Below, piece after piece: positions 1-11,540 of a DNA stretch of 64,000 bases. Position numbers and translations under genes: made by a program. The DNA is from Vicugna vicugna. Taxonomy: Eukaryota. The notes under the pieces are model-generated. The model did not search any database. It had not been told where the DNA came from and saw only the letters and a program-made list of their open reading frames with translations. The stretch is taken from positions 2,820,686 to 2,884,685 of the forward strand of contig MU058337.1 in the NCBI GenBank assembly GCA_013265495.1, given 5' to 3'. The number at the start of each line of letters is the position of its first letter. Within the stretch, counting starts at the first letter, position 1.

Positions 1-6
1 AGGCGA

Positions 7-245
7 CCATCTGTTTAGTGCTTGCTATGTGCTAGACCTTGTACTGAGCACTGGACCTCCATGAGTCCTTGCTTGACATTATAATCCTACAAAGTAAATA
101 TTATTATCCTCATTTTTCAGATGAGGACGTGTATGCTTAGACAAATTAAATGACTTGACCAAGCCCATGAAGGTCGCGGCTGGCTGATACAGAACAAGGC
201 TGTTTGAGTGCCAATTCTTTGATCTCCTGTGATGCGCTGTGCCTC
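7..245 (-). mobile_element. MIR SINE
   Basis: Matches the reverse complement of the MIR consensus: gcttgctatgtgctag...attattatcctcatttttcagatgagga...ttaaatgacttgaccaag. Confidence 0.85.
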
Positions 246-1069
246 TTGAGGTCATCTTCAGTCATGGCAGAATCTATTTCTTTTATCTTGAGTAACTACT
301 CTTGTTAGAGTGATTTGGAGCCACTGCTTTTTGGGTCTGTTTTGTTTCTTTATCCACCTCAGGTATGTATTCTTATGTTTAAGTTATCTCCCCATTTACC
401 AAGCTAGGACACAGCCCTAGTTAGAATGATGGCTTCACTGCATCAGTTTCAAGATGCAGACAGCATCCTTATAAACATGCGTAAATACTCCTGACTTTCA
501 AATGATGCAAAGCAATGGAAAATAGTTGATGGTTCATCAGCTAAATACTGTGTACAACTTGTTATTAGAATGTTGTCTGATCTGAGAATATTTTTTAGAG
601 CAAATTATCTACCAGAATTTTACCTGATGACCCCAAAATGAATCTTCTAGACAAAGCTATGGTTTCTCCAGAAGACTTAGAAAAATTAGTTCCCTAATTT
701 ATTAAATATTTGATCTAATTGAAAGAGATAATAATCCCCATATATAGATTAGTTATTCTCATTTAATATGGTGTATAAATAGATATTTTGCATATTTATG
801 AATATATGTAATTATAAGTTAGTAAACAATAAATATTTCCATTAGATTCTTTTATTACTGCAATCATAAAAACAAATGTAAAAGAATAACGTACATCTAA
901 TGTTAAAACTATGCAAGAAACAGTTCTCTCTCTATATAACAATTCTTCCTTTATTGAGGGTGATCACTGGGAACAATAATTTTCAATGTACTACCCAAGG
1001 AATATAGAATACATAAGATGTTTGTACATAATTTCTGCTTGAGAAATGTCATACAAAGGAATACGTGAA

Positions 1070-1222
1070 CCCCTTAGTAAATGAACTCCTAAAGACAACC
1101 TACTTTATTTTTATTTGAAAGCTTAATGCTTCTACTCTATCCTCAAGCTAAACTTTCAGACGCTAAGCCCAGTATTTTGAATATCGGAGATCCTTACTAA
1201 ATGCTTGTTGAAATGAATTGAG
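1070..1222 (+). mobile_element. L2 LINE 3' end fragment
   Basis: Ends in the L2-like tail taaatgcttgttgaaatgaattga; highly degraded. Confidence 0.5.
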
Positions 1223-1249
1223 TCTGAAAATATTCTATGATGTATTTGG

Positions 1250-1480
1250 AACAATGTTTCCAAAAGGACATTCTGAAGAATTATTTCCCTGAAGGGTGAC
1301 CCTCCAGTATGGGTTCCCTAATCATGTACATTGATGGCATGTTCTAAACTGTATTACACTTTTGGAGACTTTAAAAGTGTTAGTTTACTTGACTTCTGAC
1401 AAATTTTACAGGACAGAAATCACTTAAGCTTTACCCATTCATTTCCCAAGCCTAACTGACCACAGAGACTCTTTCTCCTT
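1250..1480. mobile_element. possible hAT-Charlie (MER113-like) fragment
   Basis: caatgtttccaaaa start and tttcccaagcctaactgaccacagagactctt resemble MER113/Charlie; weak match. Confidence 0.3.
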
Positions 1481-2154
1481 CACTGAAAGTCTCCCAAAAC
1501 TGACAGCTAATATTTCCAGTAAGTCAGTATAAGAATCATTGTTCAAGACGTCAGTTTCTCTAAGCAAAAAAAAATTCTTGATATTACTTTATTTAAAGGC
1601 ATTCGTCTCTTTATAGATTATAGCTTTTATCTATGGCTTACATTTTGGGTTTCTGTTACTTGCACTTTAGCTAACAGACTTTTACAGTGCAAATAAATAA
1701 GGATATAAATGTGCTTTGAAAATGTCCCCGTTTTCTTAATATTATCATGACTAAGTTTCATTATGGCATCTTGAATAATAAATGTCAATGCTTAAGACAA
1801 AGATGAAACTAATATGAAAATTCCTTCCTTGTAATTTTTGAAATCTGTCTTAAGGGATACATTCAAAATGTTATACTTTTAGCAGTGGGTAAGAATTCAA
1901 GACATGTATCTTCTCACAGAATGCTTCTTTTCTTACTTTTTTTTTTGGTAAACTCTATGTTCTTTTTATATTAAATCAAAACTAAAAATTGGTGTAAATT
2001 ACTCACGTAAAATTGCTTTTTATTGTAATGTGTTCTTGGCTCAAAAAGTTTAGTTAAGCAATTGAAGGTTATATTAGTTTTAATAATGTGTTAAAATGAT
2101 ACTTTAATATACCAGAAATGCATACATCAGGTGTATTTCTTTGTGAGTATGACT

Positions 2155-2320
2155 GAGAGGCAGATGATGCACTGAGAGACCCAGTCTTTGCAAGCCCTGG
2201 CTTTCAATCTTAGATCTGCCACAGGAAAGCTGTGCATCGGGTTGATTATTAAATATTGAATTTAATTTTGTGAATCTTTAGATGGGTTATAAAACCTAGG
2301 TATGTGCTGAGGGTACATAA
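2155..2320 (+). mobile_element. degraded MIR SINE
   Basis: ccctggctttcaatcttagatctgccacaggaaagctgtg resembles the MIR B-box/core region. Confidence 0.5.
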
Positions 2321-2409
2321 TCTTCGGAGATGAAAATCATTGGCTGAGTATTCCTATGTACACCTTCTATAGAAAGTACAATAAAGATCTCAAGATTGCT
2401 ATGAATCCC

Positions 2410-2827
2410 TGTTTTAGGCAGAAATGTATGCATTTACCTCCCAAAATGCCTACATTGATCCTAACCCTCAGCACCTAAAAATGTGACCATAGATGGGAAT
2501 AGGATCACTAAATAAGCAATTAAGTTAAAAAGAATTCATTCAGGTGGGCCCGAATCCAAAATAATTGATGTCCTCATAGAAGATGGAATTTAGACACAGA
2601 CAGACACGGAGGGAAGAAGATGTGGAAGCACGGCAGACGACAGCTGTCTACGGCCCAAGGAGAGAGGCCTGGAACACATCCCGTCCTCACCACCTTCAGA
2701 AGGACCCAGCCGTGCCAACACCTTGACTATGGACTTCCAGACTCCAGAACTGTGAGAAAGTAAATCCTTAGCTGTTTAAGTTATCCAACTGTGGTATTTT
2801 GTTGGTGTAGCTTAGGAAATTCATGCA
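2410..2827 (+). mobile_element. MLT1B/C-like MaLR solo LTR
   Basis: TG...CA termini, MLT1 motifs (gggcccgaatcc, caacaccttgactatggacttccagactccagaactgtgaga) and a perfect 5-bp TSD ATCCC at 2405-2409 and 2828-2832. Confidence 0.92.
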
Positions 2828-3834
2828 ATCCCAGGGATTCCATAGGCAATGGTTGCTTCTGGCTCCAGGTCTAGATTCCACTAAATTCTATTACCTGTGA
2901 CCCCCTGAAAATGTTTTCTGGAATCTAGGAGCTATATAGACTTGTTCTCAATTTTCTGCTTTGTGTTAATTGAGAAAAAGTGGTCCATATTCCTTGGTTT
3001 CTCAAAAGATGACTCATAAAGTATTCGAGGTGATTTCTGAGTTAACATGACAACAGCACAAACAACCTAAAACTGTGTATCGTATACTTCTTTATTGCAA
3101 GCCCTATATTTAATGCTGCAGGGAATTTCTCAGCTGCTACATTTCTTTTCGGATTCCAGACTCCTACTTACTGTGTTATTTGAATCCCACGCCTCCTGTC
3201 CCAAATCCACGCTTTTACAAAATCTCTCAGCTTTTTATTCTCCTATGGTATTTCCCTTTAAATCCTTCCCCAAAACTGCATTCCCTGCATTTTATTATGC
3301 AGAAAAATTTGACATTCTATGTGGGCCTGGCTTTGCGTTAATAAAGAGCCATTGGTTTCACACTGAGCAGTCAGAAGTCTTGGCTAAAACTTAGAAATGT
3401 GAGACATACTTTTCTCCTTCCCTCACCTACCTGCCTTCATAAGTAGAAAAAAGGGAGGTAAAATTTATTTTTTTTTAATCATTGTGAACCATACCTTCCT
3501 TTTCTATGTTTGAACAGCTATGTGAATTTCCCACTTCTAAACATTCCTTGATGGTCTGTTATGAGGACTTTCATGTCACTGGCTGACATGAAAAGGGTGG
3601 AAAATACATGTCCAGTGAATAAATGAATCAATAATTAGTTTATTGTTTAGTACATACCTTGCCAATTAATAATATCATCATAGTAAAGATGAAACTTCAG
3701 TCGCCATTGAAGGACGCTTGGATTTCCAAAAAGAACACATGGTACATACTGATACCAGTTACAATGCAGGAAATGAAAAGAGCAAGGGTTTCAAGAAATT
3801 ATGAGAAGTTAAAAGCATAAGAAGTATCGAGAGT

Positions 3835-4183
3835 CATATTAGATTGCTCAGGCTGCCACAGCAAAATACGCCAGACCAGGTGGCTCACACACGAGAAATT
3901 TATTTCCCACAGTTTTGGAGAACAGAAGCCTAAGAACAAGACGCTGGCGAATTTGGTTCCCGGCGAGAACGCACTTCCTGGCTTCCAGATGGCCACCTTC
4001 TCCCTGTGTCCTCCAGGTTCCTCCTCCTCTAGTAATAAAGGCACCGATGCTGTCATGTTAGGGCCCCACCCTTGTGACCTCGGTTAACCTTTCTCACCTC
4101 TTTGGCTCTGTCTTCACATGGAGTCACAATGGGGCTTAAGACTTCAATGTGAATTTCGGGGGGACACAATTCAGTTCAAAGTA
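3835..4183 (-). mobile_element. MLT1A-like MaLR 3' LTR
   Basis: Reverse-complement MLT1A motifs: agaaatttatttcccacagttttggag, gaatttcggggggacacaattcag. Confidence 0.9.
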
Positions 4184-4525
4184 TTCCAGACCTGGCCCTT
4201 TAAATTTTTTGTCCATCTTATGTGCAAATAGATTGATTCCATCCCAACATCCCGAACGTCTTGACCTATTTCAGTATCAGCTCTAAAGTGCAAAGTCTCA
4301 TCTGAGTATCTTCTAAATCAGACACAAGTGAGACTCCAGGTAACATTAATCTTGAGGTAAAAGTCCTCTCCAGCTAGGAGCCTGTGAAACCAGACAAGTC
4401 ATGTGTTCCCAGAATAGAACGGTGGGGCAGGCAAAGGATAGATGCTTCCATTCCAAACGGTACAAAAATGGAAGGAAGGAAGAGGTGATGGGTCCCAAGC
4501 AATTCCAAACCTGGCAAAGAAAATG
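4184..4525 (-). mobile_element. MaLR (MLT1-int) internal sequence, 3' part
   Basis: Directly abuts the LTR; MLT-int motifs caaagtctcatctgag, cctctccagctaggagcctgtgaaaccagacaag, cattccaaa. Confidence 0.8.
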
Positions 4526-5789
4526 CTGCTAGGTTAATTTTACGAGAAACTCCGTTATCAAGGTGTAACACAGCGTTGCATCTTTTAACTTATATTTAGA
4601 TTTGCTTCAAAGTAAACTGACTTCTGAAAAAAAAAGTCAAATGTGTAAGTACTGAACAACAGCTGACGCTGCATGTAATAATGCCGCCTCCTTATGGCAT
4701 GAAAAGCGGCATTAAGGCCTCCTTAAATCCATCCAAATAGAAGCATTGTCCAGTGACTCGCCAGTAAGACCTCAGTAGGTTGGCCCTGTTATGCTACCAG
4801 CACGTCCTGGATCCAGCTCAGGAACAGGCAGCTATTTCTACAGCCAGTCCCTTCTGTAGCTTCTCTAATCTTTTTCAGTTTCTTGTCGCCAGGGATCCTG
4901 AGACGCAGCAAGTCTGAAGCTCCTAAGGCACAGACTCTCACTGAGAACGGTGACGAAGTCAGCAGATGGATATTTAAACCAGCACGTAATGCCAGAGACA
5001 AAAGGACCAGATGAGGCTGAGCAGAAATAATCCAAGAAAGGGAAAACACATATATGTAAATAGGAAGAGAGTAGGGAGAGGTGGAAGACAGGACAAGCAG
5101 GGCAATAAGAGGAGGTGCCTGATACTCGTCTTAGTTCTGCGAGATGCCATGTCTCTGGATTTGGGATTTCTCCCGCTCTGGTTCATATACCAACTCATAA
5201 CAGTGTTAGCTGAGGAGTGCTACCTGGCACGCAAAAACCTGACCCCATCCCAGTAATCTTCTCTGATTTCTTGGCTGGTCAACTGTTTAAATAAAGATGT
5301 GGGTCTTCATCGCGCTTGGCTCCTCCGCTTTCTCCTCTTCTGCAAGGCGACATCGTCCCAGCCTGACTTCTCTGGCCAGCCAGCCCGGGCTCTGTGACCT
5401 GGACCCTTCCGTTCACTAGTGGAAGCCTCACCACAGATAATCAGGCAGTAGCCACCACTTACAAGCGCCTCCTTCGTGATGCGCTTGGGAACTCTTTTTA
5501 CGAGCAGACTCATTCTCTGGAATTATTGAGAAGAACATAGTCAATTTCTTATCATGCACTAATGTAAGATACTTTCACATAATGGTGTTGCATATCACAC
5601 ACGGTGCAATATTAAGCAAGCATAGACTCTGAGATTCAGTCCTCAACCTCTGGGAACATTTTGTTGCAAAATCTGCGTCTCTTTCATTCTAGATTCCCTG
5701 ACCTCTAGCAGGCAGGTCAGGCCAAAGAGAAACAGAGGAAGCAAGAAAAAAGACAATGTGGAGCTAACGCAAAAGAAATCATTCATTCT

Positions 5790-6220
5790 TCAGGTAGCTG
5801 GGCTCCAGCCAGCATCCCTGTGTCATACCTGCCTTTGCTGCATGCTCCAGCTTGGGCTTTCTCCTCCAGAGGACATTTACAAATAGCATGTCCTTGGCCT
5901 TAAATCCTTGCGCCCTTCCCCGCCCTCTGCGTAGTTCTAACCAACGTCTCCTTAAGGAGACTTTCTGGCCCAAGACTTGCTCAAATACCTGCTTCTAGTT
6001 GGGGATTCTCCTATCCCCGTGCCCACCCCATCCCATCCCTGGGTTCTCCCTCTCTTGCGTCCCCCGGTAGTTTGGTGAACACCTCTATCATGCTCCTTAA
6101 ATGACTGATAATTATTATGCATTTACCCACTGGTTTTCCCAAGTTTTAGTTAATTTCTAAGCATCTAACAAATAGGAGGCCCTCTGTAAAAGTTTGTCAA
6201 TTAAAGAAGTGAATGAAATA
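5790..6220 (+). mobile_element. L2 LINE 3' end
   Basis: Pyrimidine-rich L2-like body ending aaagtttgtcaattaaagaagtgaatgaa. Confidence 0.6.
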
Positions 6221-9200
6221 AACTTGCATCTCAAAACTGCAGCATCCCAATTGTTTCATTCTTGTTTCCAATAACAAGTAAGTGAGAGTTGCATAACTTC
6301 ACAGATTGATGTCTCACAGTATATGTGTGTGAACATTCATTGTCCAGATCCTTGTAGGTTCAGAACCATAAAACTTAAATAAATAGGGGATTTGAAATGG
6401 AAACAACAATAAACAAGCACAACTAGGCAACCATCAGATAACTGTGCCTCACGGTAAAGCACTGGTATTTTTCCTTTCTAAAGAAGAATCTGGGTTTCGA
6501 TCAGTTTTTACAGTGTTTAAAGCAGTGAGATCTCTTTTTAAAATTTGTTTAGACTTTGTTTTAGTAGGAACATTTTGTTCTAAACCTGCAGTTTGCACAG
6601 TATACAATGATAGGGTCGTGGACCTGTTTGGCACACTCCATGGATGTTTTTTCATGCTCTGCTTCCTGGAAGCCTAGGATACTTACAGTGAATGCCAAAG
6701 GCATCATGCAACACAATTTGAAAATAACCACCTATGATCTCTAAAGCCCTTTTCCATTATCCATAGCTTGGAATCAATAAAACTGAGTTTCATCAAAGAC
6801 AAACGTTCAATCGTCGGTATAGTGTGTGACCTGATCTATATTTCCAATGTGTTATTTCACTCTTCTAAATAGTTAAGGGCCTTTTGTTACTAAAACAAAA
6901 CTGGTGAGTGTGTATACAGTAAATCCATTTTTCTAGTTGATCTGAATCCACACAAGTCTGCCTGTTAGCCCAGCTATCACACCGTATAACAAATTACCCA
7001 ATAGCAGCCAACAGACCAAACATTTCTGAAAGCAGCAAAATGATATCCTAGAATATGTCTTCAAAACTTCATCTCATACCTGTGAAAAATACCTAGCCAT
7101 GCTGAAGCTCAAAAAATTACTACAATATTTTCAATATTATAATACGTTTCCCATTGTATATCCTACCTAATTTCAGCCCTTGTATGCTAAGCTCATCTAT
7201 AACAGAGCTTACATCAAAGTGGCTGAGTGACTTCATTCATTTTTATAGCCATTTGCATTGTACATTCATCAGCTGAAACACAAAACAATATGTCTGTGAA
7301 ATAGAGTCAAATTTTGCATGCATAGCCCCTTGAAATATGCAAAAGCATCCAACTCTGAAGCTTATGGGGTTGATGTTGGAAACTGACTAGGAGAAATGTG
7401 TTTGGAGCTTTACCAAATCAATAACTTTCGAACTGCAGTTTAAAAACATTTGTTAAAGTCATAAGGTGTGCAGGTATGCACATCCTTAAAACACAGGAAT
7501 GTTTTGTATTTACTGGATGGACACAGAAATCAAAGCCTTTGTCATAAATGCTCTCCACGTCCGAAGCACTTCTGAGGTAGGAGGTAGGAGTCTGGCTTAT
7601 TTTCTTAAGAGTATAAAATCACTTGCAAAAAAAAAAAAAAACAATGACCTACATTAATAGCATATTTAGAACCATAACCAGTGCTTCCCAACATTAAATT
7701 TCATGTCCGAGGCTTTGATATAAACCATGTTTAAATATTGAAACTATTGTCTTACTTTATGGATATAGCCTGCCAACACTTACTGCACACCTACCCCGTG
7801 CAGAATATTGCAGCAGGCATAAAACCTGCTGGAATATTAAATTTGTAACTCACTTTCCAGAGTGCTTTGGCAAAATCTTCATTTTTCTTCACAAATTGTA
7901 CTCTATAATTAGATATGTCTTTATGTTCATTAAGCATTGCAAAATAATATCCACCTTGGCTGAGCTGAGAGTTTAAGCTTGATATCTACACGTTCTTGTT
8001 TGACTACCGTGTGTCGTGATGAATAAAGTTCCAGGTCATCGTTGACTGGAAGGCCCATTGTCAAATGTTTAGCACACAGCATATGAGTGCCTTATACAAC
8101 ATAGATAACTTGATGCCCTTGACAATTTAGTACTTATTTTAGCTAATATATTCTAACTATCATTTTCCCCCCAAACTTTTAAACCATTAATGTTCCAAAT
8201 TCATAGACCCAAGGAGAACACATTTGCAGAGAGCCCATGTATTTGGAAGTAAATTACAAAATTTAAATGTTGATCAGAAATCGATCTTCCACACAACAGT
8301 TGGTCAACCATGAAGTCATGGCAAATATGAAGAGCTCGCTTTGCAAGTCTACATGAATATGAAATGTATATTTCCTCAAGTCTTTCTCTGGAAATGGGGT
8401 CAAAGGTATTTCTTGTATTTTGCATCAGTTCATTCTTACTCAACTTCTTCTCTATGGAAACTACGAAAGAAAAGAATGGATGGTCTTATGAAATTTTAGG
8501 CTCATCCATTTCTCCCCATACTCTCCCCCCAGGGAGGGACTTAGATGCACAGCGAAAAGGGAGGGTCCATGCTCATTAAAAGGAGCATAACTGGAAACCA
8601 GAAGGCACCGAGTAAGCAAGACATCTCCAATTTTTTTTTGCTGAAACAAAAGGATTTTGTCTTGTTTTATTTTGTTTAGCTCCCGCTTAAGCAAAAACAG
8701 CTCTTGCTATAAGAGCAAAGAGGAGGTAGGGGAGTTTGGAAGACAGAAATTAGATGTTTTAATATAGATTTCATCTCCAAACATGGAGCTTCAGACCATG
8801 TGCTGTAATGGTCTGTAATGGCTTTTTGTCCAAGAAGAAAAATTTCAGTCCAGTTTGAATAGTTAGGAAGTGTTCATTGAATTGACATAAATATTTATGT
8901 AAAATATAGCCCAGCCTTCCTGCATTTAATTACATTTTAGGAGAAAAAGGAGAATCTAACAGAAGTCATAAGCAGTTGCTGAAATGTCCCACAGTAGAGT
9001 GTGTGTCTTTGCCGAGAAATGAAAGTTATATTACGTGCTACCTTTTCATCTGTTACATGTCTTTGCCAGCTGTGGAGGCATGTCAGATGCCATTATTCTG
9101 CAAATTTTACTCTCTTTTTCAATTGCTAACCTCTTGTTGACAGTAATCAGAACTTGATGGAGGGGCCCTCGCAGGTGCGATGGGGTAGTTGGTGCCAGTG

Positions 9201-11414
9201 TGATATAGTAGGTGACAGTTTTACTATTACATCCTGCAGGATGGTACATCATCAAACACTGTTTCAGATAATCCATAGTCTTTCAGCAGAAATGTAATTG
9301 TTACTCATCTAATAATATTTCCAGATGGCACAGTGGGTGAGGTGTGGGCTAAAAATAAAGGAAGACTAGGCTGAAAATGTGAGGCCAGAGCAAAGTGTGA
9401 AATAAAGGACATCACCAAGGACTGTGCAGACGTGCAAAAGTCTTCTCAAAACTAGGGTTGCCCAAGATGTCAGGGGACAGTATTTGGATAAAATGGAAGG
9501 GCAACTTGAAATGCTCCCTGCCTAAGGTTTCTTTTTAAAAGGCAAGTATTACAGTTAAAAGCAAATAGTGTTTCTCTTTATACATTTCAGGATGGTGTAT
9601 CCAAACCCCAGAAATTACATCCTTGCTGACAGCATCTTATGATTAATATCTGAATGAGGCAATATCTATTCTATGGTTTTCCATAAGATTTGATTTGTTA
9701 AATAGTAAAATTCAAAGAATTTATCAAAATTCATGTTTGCCTTTGTTAACTAACATTTGCTTTTATTAAGTGGCATTATTTCTCAACCAGAGCATGTCAA
9801 AATTTCTTTCTTTACTGACCAATTAGCCAGCTCTTTCAGAGCATTCAGTGCAGTCACTGTAACAGAGGGCATGGACTTTTTAAAGTATTAGACCTGCTGG
9901 TAATTTTAGTGCTTCCTTAATGGCCAAGCATACGCCACCCACAAGATATAGTTTCCAAATTTGCAAGCAAATATTTAATAAACAAATATTCTATGGCACT
10001 TACATCTCGAATTTTTAAACAGCAAAAGATATTTTTTCATGTCTTGGAGAATAAAGAAAGCAAAGAAAAATGCCCTAAACATTTTATAATCTCCATAAGC
10101 AATGTTTATGTATAAGTTCCCATAAAATACCTCTAAATTTTATACTACGTGCCTGAGGAGTCCTTGTTTCTTATAAAATGGCAGGATTTTTATTGCATTA
10201 TTTGGTAGACAGATACTACTTCCTGTTGTTTGGTTTCCAAGACTGAATAAAACAAAACAACCAAAATTTTGTGACATCAACTTTTGATAACTTTCCATAA
10301 AAAAACAAAGTAACTCAAATCTTTACATTTGATACGATAACTTAAGAATTGTGACTATTTGGTTTGACGGTTTCTTCATTCAAATTTTTTTTTGTCTTTA
10401 AAACAAAATCTACAGCATGATCTACTAGATGTATATAAATGTGTTGCTTTTCCCTTCTGTTTAGAAGTGATAATGGAGCTTGGTAAGTTTATTAATGTAA
10501 AAATCAGTCCACTTTATGTATTTTTTCATCTCCCTTTGAAACATCTCTTTGAGTTAAGAATGAAGAATATTCCCACTGTAAAAAAGCATATGAAAAAAAT
10601 TCCCAGATAAGCTACATAGTGATTAACTGTATTTATCCTGGTCTCAAAGCAGGTAAATAGAACAGTCAGGGAAATAAGTCAGAATATCACTTGTCTCACA
10701 GGTGTCTCTACTCCATCAGGCTTTAATTCGTATTCACATGCTCATGCTTTTCTGTAAGTTTGTGGCTAGAAGTGAAAAAAATGGCTTCAGGCTTTTTTTG
10801 TTTTGTTTTCTAGATTGCAAACCAATAGAGTTTACTGATAATAATTGCCTGTCCAAATATTGCCTTACGGCCACTTCAAATATTCAGAGCTATCTATCTA
10901 TAGATCGATCATCTATCTTTCTCACTGTGTATTTGTATCTGGTTTTTAAGGCACAGGTGTTAAGAAGCAATGGTTTTTGGAGGGGCTAAGAGGGACCTAA
11001 CATGTTCTTCCTGGAGCCATGAGGGGTCTTCTATAGCCTCATTGCCGGGTGAATTACCGAAGTGAGGAGGGTGGACCTCACGTATTTAGCCCAACTTACC
11101 CCTCCCAGGATGGAAAGTGTAAGCTGTAAGATTGTACCTTAAGTTTTTCTTTATTACAAAAACTTTTTCTTAAGTCTGTACTCTTTGCTAATTTAGCCAC
11201 AATTTCTATGGGTGCTGAGGAAAATTCTTAAAGTAGATAACAAAGAGGTAGTATGGAATAAACTTAATTTTGTCAGAGGGTTTGACAGTCTCTGTTTTGT
11301 ATACGCAGGCTCTAAAACTTTATTTTTTAAGCACATACTATGTTGTAACTCTTATTTTGTACCCTGCAGCCACTGTCTTATAAAATCTTTACAAAATACT
11401 TTCAAAAGTTACCT

Positions 11415-11540
11415 ATCACTCTCACAAATTGAGAGATTAGAAAACTGAACACCAGAGAGACTGCTTAATTTCCCTGAGGTCACACAGCTGTTGAGTGGGT
11501 GAACCTGGATGTGACCAAACCACTTGTCTCCCAGGGTAAC
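11415..11540 (-). mobile_element. MIR fragment
   Basis: gaaaactgaacaccagagag...ttaatttccctgaggtcacacagctg matches the MIR core, reverse strand. Confidence 0.7.

Noticed and set aside
4679..4726. Small stems (taatgccgc/gcggcatta and ttaagg/ccttaa), and similar ones near 56255 and 56600
   Set aside because: Stems of 6-9 bp are at chance level.
5946..5961. Perfect 16-bp palindrome gtctccttaaggagac
   Set aside because: About one is expected by chance in 64 kb (64000/4^8), and it lies in an L2 remnant.
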